From the human T2T-CHM13v2.0 reference genome, Homo sapiens: DNA of 64,000 bases. The stretch lies in assembly GCF_009914755.1 (NCBI RefSeq), contig NC_060925.1; one strand, written 5' to 3'. Below the pieces are notes generated by a model. The model saw only the letters and a program-made list of their open reading frames with translations. It ran no database searches and had not been told where the DNA came from. The translations under genes and the position numbers were made by a program. Below are positions 53,352 through 64,000 of the stretch, in pieces; the first letter of the stretch is position 1; each line of letters begins with the position of its first letter.

Positions 53352-54224
53352 TTTTTGTTTGTTTGTTTGTTTGTTTTAGATGGAGTCTCTCTTTGTCACC
53401 AGGCTGGAGTACAGTGGCACAATCTTGGCTCACTGCAACCTCTGCCTCCCGGTGAGATGTAAAGCCAGCTGGACTTCCTGGGTCGAGTGGGGACTTGGAG
53501 AACTTTTCTTACAAGAGGATTGTAAAATGCACCAATCTGCAGTCTGTAGCTAAGATTGTAAAACGCACCAATCAGTGCTCTGTAGCTAGCAAGAGGTTGT
53601 AAAATGCACCAATCAGTGCTCTGTAAAAACGCACCAGTGTTCTGTAGCTAGCAAGAGGTTTGTAAAATGGACCAATCAGCACTCTGTAAAATGGACCAAT
53701 GAGCAGGAGTCTAAAAGTAACCAATCACGGGGAGGATTGAGAAAAGGGCATTCTGATAGGACAGAAACAGGAAATGGGGGGATACAAATAAGGGAATGAA
53801 AGCTGGCCACCCCAGCCCGCTGCAGCAACCCACTTGGGTCCCCTTCCATGCTGTGGAAGCTTTGTTCTTTCGCTGTTCACAATAAATCTTGCTGCTGCTC
53901 ACTCTTTGGGTCCATGCCATCTTTAAGAGCTGAAACACTCACTGCGATGGTCCACGGCTCCATTCTTGAAGTCAGCAAGACCACGAACCCACTGGAAGAA
54001 ACCAACTCCAGACACACCAGGTTCAACTGATTATCCTGCCTCAGCCTCTTGAGTAGCTGGGACTACAGGTACATGCCACCACGCCCAGCTAATTTTTGTA
54101 TTTTTAGTAGAGACGGGGTTTCACCATGTTGGCCAGGATTATCTCGATCTCTTGACCTTGTGATCCACCTGCCTTGGCCTCCCAAAGTGCTAGGATTACA
54201 AGGCATGAGCCACCATGCCCGGCC
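53352..54224 (-). mobile_element. AluSc split by LTR12F (53352-53452 and 54017-54224)
   Basis: Sc diagnostics GTCACCAGGCTGG and GATCTCTTGACC; TSD AGTTAGAC at 53344-53351 and 54225-54232. Confidence 0.9.
53453..54016 (+). mobile_element. Solo LTR12F-like (ERV9) LTR
   Basis: TGAG..AAGCCAGCTGGACTTCCTGGGTCGAGTGGGGACTTGGAGAAC start, tandem CCAAT repeats, AATAAA at 53881, ...CAGACACA end, 4-bp TSD CCGG/CCAG. Confidence 0.93.
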
Positions 54225-55415
54225 AGTTAGACATACTTACACTCATGTGTGAATGAGGACATTTGGTACTTATCTTTCTGTGCTTGGCTTATTTCACTTA
54301 ACATAATGTCCTCCAGATTCATTCATGTTGTCGAAAATTACAGTATTTTCTTCCTTTTTTAAGGCTGAATAGTATATATTTTGATTTGTAGTTGTATATA
54401 TGTTTGATTTGTAACTGACTACATTATTGTGGCTATATACTATATTTTCTTTCTTCATTCATCTGCTGATGGCCACTTAGATCGATTCCACATCTTGGCT
54501 ATTGTGAGCAGTGCTGTAATGAACAGAGGAATGCAGTTATCCTTCAAGAGTCTGATTTCATATATGCCCAGTAGTGGGATTGCTATATCATATGGTACTT
54601 CTATTTCTAATTTTTTGAGGAACCTCCATACTGTTTTCCATAATAGCTGTACTAATTTACATTCCTACCAACAGTGTGTGAGGGTTCCCTTTTCTCCAGT
54701 CTCACTGGAATAAGCCAGTTTCCTGAGGCTTGGTTGCACCAGGGCCAAGAGTACCTACAGTTCAGAGGGGGTGAGCAGAGATTAAGTTGGTGCAAGTTTT
54801 TTAAAATGAAATATAAATTAACAAATATGAATTATTAATATGAAAACTGATGCCTTATTTTACACCAAGAAGCAACAAACACTGTGCACCTGCTTCTGTA
54901 ATCCTTATGTAAGTGAAGGAAGTGCTGTGCTTTAGACTTTATTGTGGTTTCTTTGGCTTCTATCTGCCCCCAAAGAAAACAAATACACACACAGCTGTTA
55001 CAGCACTTGCTTTCTGCTCCAGAAAAGGGTAAGTGTGGAATAGAAATATTGGGTGCCTTCAGACATTGCCTAATAACTAAAAAGTGTCAAGCAGCAGGAC
55101 TCTCCTAGTTCCCAGTAAGGAGGCACTAATTCATTATAAAAGCAACCCTGCACCTGCAGTGATAGCTGTTTTATGCTCATCTGTGTACTGGAGGCTGTCC
55201 TTGCATAACTGTGAGTCTGAGGCTAAGGAAATAACATCACCACTGTGAGCCTGGAGAAAGAATGCACAATGGTGATTCCAAAACCAAAGGAGACAGATTT
55301 TCAGTCCCACTGGGATAGACCAGTTTCCAAGGCTTGGTCCCATCAAAGCTAGAAGTGCCTTCAGTTCAGCGGTGGTAAGCAGAGATAAAGTCAGTGCCGT
55401 TTTTTTTTTTTGTTT

Positions 55416-55449
<34 letters not shown>

Positions 55450-55837
55450 TGAAGTGTAAACCAAAGACTTGAGAATTCTAGGCCATGCCTATTTAAAATT
55501 CTTTCAAAGGTCCAGGCAGCTGCAATACAATAGGTGCTTGGCTGAAGTTGACAATGCCAGTGAATTTAACCTTTCTTTCAACTGTTTTCTCTCATTGTCA
55601 TTATTGGTGGTTTTGATGAAGGATTAGGTGATATATGGAGAATATCTTTTGGGCTTTATTTTAACACATCCCATTGGTAAAAGAGAGATGGACTGTCCTT
55701 TGACATTTCCTCTAGAAAGCTCTTGTCTTTTCTTTCTACTATAAATCAAGTAGTCTTGTAATGATTTTAAATATGAATTATTTGACATAAAATGAAGATA
55801 CTAATTACAAATTCTATGAAGCATTTTACAGAAACAT

Positions 55838-57211
<1,374 letters not shown>

Positions 57212-57229
57212 CTGGGTAATTCCTTTCTA

Positions 57230-58790
57230 TTTGCTTTATTTTGCTTTTACTTATTGCTTATAATACAAGAAATGAATGTAAATTTGGAAGAAATAAATAA
57301 CCACCAAACAAAAAATTATACAATTAAATCATGAAAAATTCCAACACGTGCACTTTCTTCCAGTCTCATTTCTATGCAAATATATAATTTATAAATATGC
57401 TTGCCTAATTTTTTCACGTAACACCTGTACTGTGAATATCTTTCCAAATCAGCAACTCCATTGACTTCATTATTTTAATAGCTACACAATATTTAATTGC
57501 ATTTATAATGTATTTAATCACCCCATTATTAGACTATTTGGTTCTTTCCATATTTTCTATTATAAAAATGCTGTAAGGAATATTACTTTATATAGATCAT
57601 TGTCTTCTTGTTTGATTATGTTCTAAGCATTTATTCCTAAAAGCCAGATTATTATGCCATAGCAATTTTTTAATGCTTTTAATACAATTTACCAAAATAC
57701 TCTCCAGAAAATCAGACACTTTCCTTCTATCTGAACTCAAAAACCATTTTCTCACAGGGTCTCGCTATGTTGCCCAGGCTGGTCTTGAACTACTGAGCTT
57801 AAGCAATCCACCTGCCTAGGCCTACCAAAGTACTGGGATTACAGGTGTGAACCACAGTGCCTAGCCAAAACAAGTAACTTTTATTGGGACTGCGTTACAT
57901 TTACTGATTAATTTGGAGATAATTGGCATTTTTAATATATTGAGTATTTTCAACTGGGTAGGAAATGCCCATCCATGTCAAGTCATATCTTCTTTTATGT
58001 CCTTCAATAGTGCTTTCTTAGTCTTCTTTTGTATGCCTTACACATTTGTTTTTCATTTTCCACTTAAGATATTTGAAATTTTATTATCCTTATGATTGGG
58101 GTATTTCATTTAACATCATGTATTCCGACTGACTATATTTGATATCTAGAAAAACTTTGGAATTTTAAATGTTTGATTTGTAACTGACTACATTATTGAA
58201 TTCATTAGTTTTAAGGAACTTTTTTTTGTTGATTTTTTATTTTATGGTATTTGGTAAATTTACTTTCTCTTTCCAGTATTATTACATTATTACATAGTTT
58301 CCCTATCTAATCGTGTTAGTTGGCATTTTCTGTATAGTCTTATATAACCATTGCAATTATAGACTCCTTTCATTAGTCTTGACTTTAATGAGAATTTCTG
58401 TAGGATTACATCATGATGAATGATATTGTTCAATCATTTTAAGGTATGCATTTTTATCATGTTAAAAAGTCACTCTCTAATTCTATTTTTTAAAGTTTTA
58501 TTGAGAATATATGCTCAATTTTATTAAACACCATCCAAGTATCGCTTCTGATACTTTTTATTTGATGAATAATGGTAATACATATTTTGCTATCAAACCA
58601 TCCATTTCTTTTGCTTAGTCATTGTGGCTTGGCATTTTAATAAATAGTTTAGGTTGTTTAGTTAACATCTTGTTTAGGAAATTGATGAGTCTTTTGATTT
58701 TTGTGCTCTAAGATTTTGGTATCTAGATTGTGCTAGCTATATTTTTAAAAATTAGAAACAGCCAATTCTAGCAATTTAATTAATCCTTTC
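57230..58790 (-). mobile_element. Ancient L1ME fragments
   Basis: Degenerate reverse L1 3'UTR/ORF2 motifs (TTTGGAGATAATTGGCATTTTTAATATATTGAGT). Confidence 0.7.
57754..57866 (-). mobile_element. Alu left monomer / FLAM fragment
   Basis: ACAGGGTCTCGCTATGTTGCCCAGGCTGG...TGCCTAGCC with no tail. Confidence 0.88.
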
Positions 58791-59159
58791 TCTAGTTTTA
58801 TATACAGCTATATGTTCCTTCTTGGTGTTTCCATTGTAATTTATACATTTAGAATGGGATAATATATTTTTAATAATATATAAGAGCATATAGTATGTTA
58901 TAAAACTATAGAAGTGTAATATATTTTAATGTCATAAGATATAAATATATCATAATATATAATGCATATTAAATGTATACCTTTCTTTTATATTTCCATA
59001 CATGTAACTTTCTAGTTATTCAGAAATATTAATCTACCTGAAGGTGGTAAATAGGAATGAAAAAGAAAAAAGCAAGAAAATAGTTGACATTCAACTTCTG
59101 ACTACCAAAAATGGGACTTTTTAGTCATTTTTGTGACAATATTCTCAGAAGGCTGGCAT

Positions 59160-61140
59160 TGTGGAGAGAGTAAATAAATTTCTGTTTTTAAACTTTCTTT
59201 ATCATATCAAGAATTAGGACAGGCTGACCTCAATATCAAGCTCTCAAGGGTAGAGAGAATTCATAGGCATAATTCCTTCCCATACGGGGAAGGGAGAATA
59301 ATATGGCCTAATATTGGTCTAATAGATTATGAGAAGGAAAGGAGAAAAAGAGGTAGGAGGAGGTAAAGGTCAGACCCTGTCCCTCAGACGTTCTCTCCAT
59401 GGGGGCCCCATCTTCCCCATCTTTCACTAACTCCAAGAGCTTGTCTCCCTACTTCCCAAAGACCCGAGTTTTGGAACTCTGGAAAGAGATGGCCTCACGG
59501 GGTACAATCCTGTATCAAAATAAAATGGTGGAGAGACTTGGCTTGCTTGTAAGGCCTGAGTTAGCTATTAAAAGACTCCCTCATCTCCTCTAGTAGATGG
59601 AAGGGATCCAGAAGTTTACATGCCTCATGGTGTGGAGCAGGGCGAGAGTGAGAAAGGTAATTGAGTTGACCCATTGGACCTGTAAGAGACTGCTGCAGTA
59701 AACAGTGAGGGGACCTACTCAATATACTAGTGCTGGGAAGCTGAACCCAGCCGGCTCAGATTGAGAGGAATGTTCAATCCTGGAGAGAGTTGAACTGGAG
59801 CTTAGTGAGTTGGGGAAGACTAAAATGAACTGATGAGCTAAGTAGAAAAACACCTGTATTAATAATAACTGCAAAAGGGAGCCCAAGGATTGATCCCCAC
59901 CAAACACTTTGTCACAGAGAAACTAAAAGTCAACATAGAACTTTTATTCATGGAAGTTAGACTCTCTCTTCCCAGCTTGTAGTAGACTTCAGACCCCTCC
60001 TTGATATACAGTAAGTTCTAACTTAATGTTGTCCATAGGTTCTTGAAAACTGTGACTTTAAGCAAAACAGCATATAACAAAACCAATTTTACCATAGGCT
60101 AATTGATATAAACAAGATTTAAGTTCCTATGGCATACTTCTGGTCACATACACACAAAAATCACCAAGCTTCTAAAAAAAAAGAACACCAAATACTTCTA
60201 ATATGAAACATTGAAATAAAAGTGAGCTCTATATACATTAAAGAAAGATTAATAAACGCAAGTAAGACACGTATTTATCCAATTTTTGGCGAATCATTGA
60301 GTGACAGTGGTCATAGTGGTGGTGGGTTAAATCAAAGAATAATGTTTGCAAAGCAAGAATTGTAATGAGCTCTTCCTACCCACACGCCATTAGAAAATAA
60401 TAACAAATGTGGTGGGCTTGCCAAGTGCTTTTGTACTGCATCATTTATTGCCATGCATTGTATGATTATTGTACACTTTACTGATTTTTATTTGACAATA
60501 ATTTGTGTCCATTCATTCATTTCCCAAACCATTTATTCCAGTTCAGGGTCATGGATGGCCTCCCATGACCCTATCCCAGCAGCTCAGGATGCAAGGCGAG
60601 AATTAACGTGAACAGGACGCCATTCCATCTCAGGGTCATTCACCCACACACACACACTCACTTAGACTGGGACCAGTGAGACACAACTGTTCACCTAATG
60701 TGCACAGCTTTGGGATATGGGAGGAAACTGGAGTATCCAAGAAACCCCATGAAGGCATGGGGAGAACATGCAAATTTCGCACAGACAGTGACCCTGGTCA
60801 GAAATCAAATTTTTTCTTCATCAATTTCATAGCAAAACGATATTGAGTAAAATGACATTATCTGAAGACCTGCTGTACTACGATGCCATTGTAGAAGAAA
60901 CTCAGAGGAAGGGAAAGCAAACTGAAAGACTGAGCATTGACATCCCCAAAGAGATGAAGTTATCTTTGAGAGACTATTATACACTCCCCAGGAGTCTGAG
61001 ATGCTGTTAATTACTTAATTTAGGCTTTTCCTTTGGCCCTGATGGATGAAGGGCTAGGATAAATAGATGTTATAAAAATTTTTAAAAATACTTCTCTTAA
61101 GATTTGAGAAATAGAGTGTTCAATCATTGACTCTACCACA
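59160..61140 (+). mobile_element. Ancient MamGypLTR-like LTR interrupted by MER6
   Basis: TGTGG...ACCACA termini; AACTGAAAGACTGAGCATT...AAAGAGA segment resembles mammalian Gypsy-like LTR consensus as recalled. Confidence 0.5.
60009..60875 (-). mobile_element. Full-length MER6 (TcMar-Tigger non-autonomous element)
   Basis: TIRs CAGTAAGTTCT... and ...AGACCTGCTG, TA on both sides, 867 bp, MER6 internal sequence. Confidence 0.92.
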
Positions 61141-62374
61141 CAGATGTTTTTACAAATATCAATTTGTTTCTCTTCCCTCTTAGATAGTGAGCACACTGTA
61201 GGCAGATCTGATTTTTTTTTTTTTTTACCCCTCAGAATTGGTAGGCACTAGACACCTTTTTAGTAAGTGAATAAATGTGTGTCTAATTCAGAAAGGCCTG
61301 AAGGATTGTTTTAAAAATACACATTTGGCTGGTTAGGCTTTGAGATAAACAGACATGAAAAGTGCAATGAAGACACACATCTTGTTGAGAAATAAAGTTT
61401 TAGGTGAAAAGGTGAATAGTTAAGAATCTGCAAATATAGAAAAATCAAGACGTACAAGGGTTATTGTGTTGAATTATATTGGACCTTCAATCTCAAATGC
61501 CATTAACAACAATATGGGCAATAAGAATGTTTTAATCCTCACTTCTTGTGCTGTCTGACTCAGTATTTATACTTTTTATTTGATCTTCAATAAAGCTCCC
61601 TTTGTTCTCATTCATGAGTAATGGGTCCAAGGTTTTTATTATTATTCTCACTGCAGTAGGGTGCAGTAGCTGAAAATTTTCTTCAACTTATGGAAGTTCA
61701 GATTTTTTTCAGTTGAAGCTGTTATCTCCAGAAAGAACATACTTCACCAACACAATCCAGAGGCAGAGCCATGACAAATCTTCCCTTCTGTCCAAAAAGA
61801 GGAGCCTGATTCCTAGCACCTGAGAAACATACTGATAACAATATGCATCCCGATGTGACATGGCAAATGAGTTTTTCATTGCAAAGAACGAATACCTTTC
61901 AAAAATAGGGTGGGTGTAAAGATAAGGAGAAAAAATAATCTAAGTACAAGTATTCTCTGATTTATAGGCTAAGTATTCATTTTGTAATTCCCTCTTTTCC
62001 ATTGTTTTACCAAGAAAAACAGCAAGTCTGGATGCTGACTATATAACCTCCCTCTTTACTCCATCTTCAGGAAAAGCATTCAAAAACTAGACAGATTCTA
62101 AAACAATCCGTGTTAACTCTATTTTGGGATATGAACCCTTTAATAAGATAAGCAAAGGTATCACTGTTTTCCTCTTCCTTGTGATATTTTTATGTTTTCA
62201 ATTGCCAGTGTAGTGCAAAGTAACTCAAGGGGGTCAAGTGAGGGTGAAGTAGAGGCTAAGGGAGGGAAACAGAGGGATATGGGGGAATAAATTTACTCTA
62301 AATCTTAACTATACAGTTTCAGACCATTGAATTGGTCTGAATTTACATCATTAATGCATTCCGGCATGATATAC

Positions 62375-62610
62375 CATCTAGCAAGGTGGTTAAGAGTCCA
62401 AGCCTGGTCATCAGAGGGAACCAGATTCTAATCATGCCTGGGTGATCCCCTGGGAAAACTACTTGTTTGATTTTCTTATCTGTAAAAGAAAATAGTAAAA
62501 CTTACCTTATGAGGTTATTGTGAAGATTAAATAAGATAAAGAATATACACTTAGCACAGTGTTTAACATATAGCGAATACTCATTAAGCCATTATTACTA
62601 CTACTACAAT
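62375..62610 (+). mobile_element. MIR SINE
   Basis: GTGGTTAAGAG...TTTTCTTATCTGTAAAA...GGTTATTGTGAAGATTAAATAAGATAA...CACTTAGCACAGTG. Confidence 0.85.
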
Positions 62611-63019
62611 TCCTTGGTTATAAAATTGAGGTCAGTGTGAACAACTGGATAGCTGGGAGAGAATTATCATGGCCTTATATATTTCAGATGCCTGTGTGCA
62701 ATGCTATATACTTAGTATATAATTTCATCAGACACAAAAAAGCATAGTTAAAATCCTGCTAAATATTAGAAGGCAATTTGTGAAAACATTTTACGTTTTT
62801 TAGAGCAATTAACATTCTGTTTTAAGCATTTTATTCACATTTCCTACTCATTCTTACAGAAATCCTCTGTGGTAGATAAATACCAAAAACTGAGCCTCTG
62901 ATTTCTTGCTTGAACTATAGTTTCTGTGAGAAATGTAATAATATGAGATGTTTTCAGCTTGGGAAGTAGAATATGGAGAGAACCATTTTTTTTCTTAAAT
63001 AAATGAAATGTACAAACTG

Positions 63020-64000
63020 TACTCTGTGCCTGTCATTTTTTAATCAACATTATATTTGTGAGATTTAACCATGTTGGTGCATGTAGCAGCAGACAGTATT
63101 CAACTATATAAATATATTAATTTTTTTTACCCATAATACTGATATTTGGGTTATTTGCAGTTTGGGTCTGGTACAAATAGTGCATTACTGTTTGTGTGTG
63201 TGTGTGTGTGAGTGTGTGTGTATTTCTTTGGGTACATGTATGAAAGCATTTCTGTTGGATTGTTACCTATGACCCAGAATAAAATGTCTGGGTCATGGCA
63301 TATATTTGACTTTAGTAGGTGCTGCTGGTTTTCAAAAGTTGTACCAATTTACATTCCCCGAAGCAGTGTATCGGAGTTTCAGTTGCTTGTACAAAGTTAC
63401 CGGCAGTATATGAGTATTTCAGCGTATGAGAGTGGTGTTCTAACTATTCTAAATTCTTAAAAGCACTGTCTATTTCATTTAACTATTCTGGTGAATGTAT
63501 GATGGTATCTTAATGTGGCTTTAGACTAGATATATCACTATGTCATTTTCACATAAAAAGAGTTTTATTTCTTTCTTTCCAATTTTTTAATGAATTTTTC
63601 TTCTTTTTTATTGTACTGCCTAGGGCCTTAAAAGAATGTAAATAGAAATGACATTAGTAGGCATCCTTTTCTCATTCTAAATCTCGGGGGGAAAGCTTTG
63701 AATATTTTACCAGCAAGTATTATTTTTTCAGTAGGCTTTTCATAAGTGTTATTTATCAGATTGAGGGACTTGTTTTGTATCCCCAGTTTGTTAAGGTTTT
63801 TAAAAATTATTATGAATGTGTAATTTTATCAAATACTATTTCTTCATGAGTTTAGATAAACATAAAATTTTTCTCTTCTATTCTCTTAAAGTGGTGAATG
63901 ACATTGATTGACTTTTTAATATTAAACCAGCTTTGCATTCCTGGAATAAACTCAACTTGATTGTGAAGTATTATGATTTTTGTGTATTACTCAATTTGAT
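63020..64000 (-). mobile_element. Ancient L1ME fragments
   Basis: Reverse L1 motifs GTTGTACCAATTTACATTCCC and AACCAGCTTTGCATTCCTGGAATAAA. Confidence 0.8.
63193..63220. repeat. (TG)n microsatellite
   Basis: TG run with one AG interruption. Confidence 0.9.

Noticed and set aside
53515-53730. Regularly spaced short direct repeats superficially like a CRISPR array
   Set aside because: These are the native tandem CCAAT units of LTR12; the spacers are not unique and the context is eukaryotic.
58842-58979. 10-bp inverted repeat TATACATTTA/TAAATGTATA around an AT-rich stretch
   Set aside because: Short and low-complexity; expected by chance.

Overview
AT-rich primate genomic DNA, almost certainly human: it carries an essentially undecayed AluYd8-type element. 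It reads as intronic or intergenic sequence. I found no protein-coding gene, RNA gene or CRISPR array, and the ORF track is explained by Alu, L1, THE1 and simple-repeat sequence or by chance. Positions 1-9.2 kb and about 30.5-35.3 kb are repeat-poor. They contain a long near-perfect hairpin, homeobox/SOX/MEIS-motif-rich blocks and one good candidate minus-strand exon. The rest is a nested transposon record: old L1M/L1ME fragments, a full-length L1PA7-like LINE-1, an internally deleted L1PA8A-like LINE-1, a two-LTR THE1 element inside an AluJ, an LTR12F inside an AluSc, Tigger3, MER2, MER6 and MER103 DNA elements, MLT1 and MamGyp LTRs, MIR and L2 fragments, and about 17 Alus. I could not support a new multi-gene system. 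The strongest leads are the 3012-3119 hairpin, an exact 30-bp templated insertion copied from 3.8 kb away, the young AluYd8-like insertion, the candidate exon at 30704-30839 and an unexplained diverged duplication at 54.7/55.3 kb. Repeat subfamily names come from my recall of consensus sequences and need RepeatMasker/Dfam confirmation.
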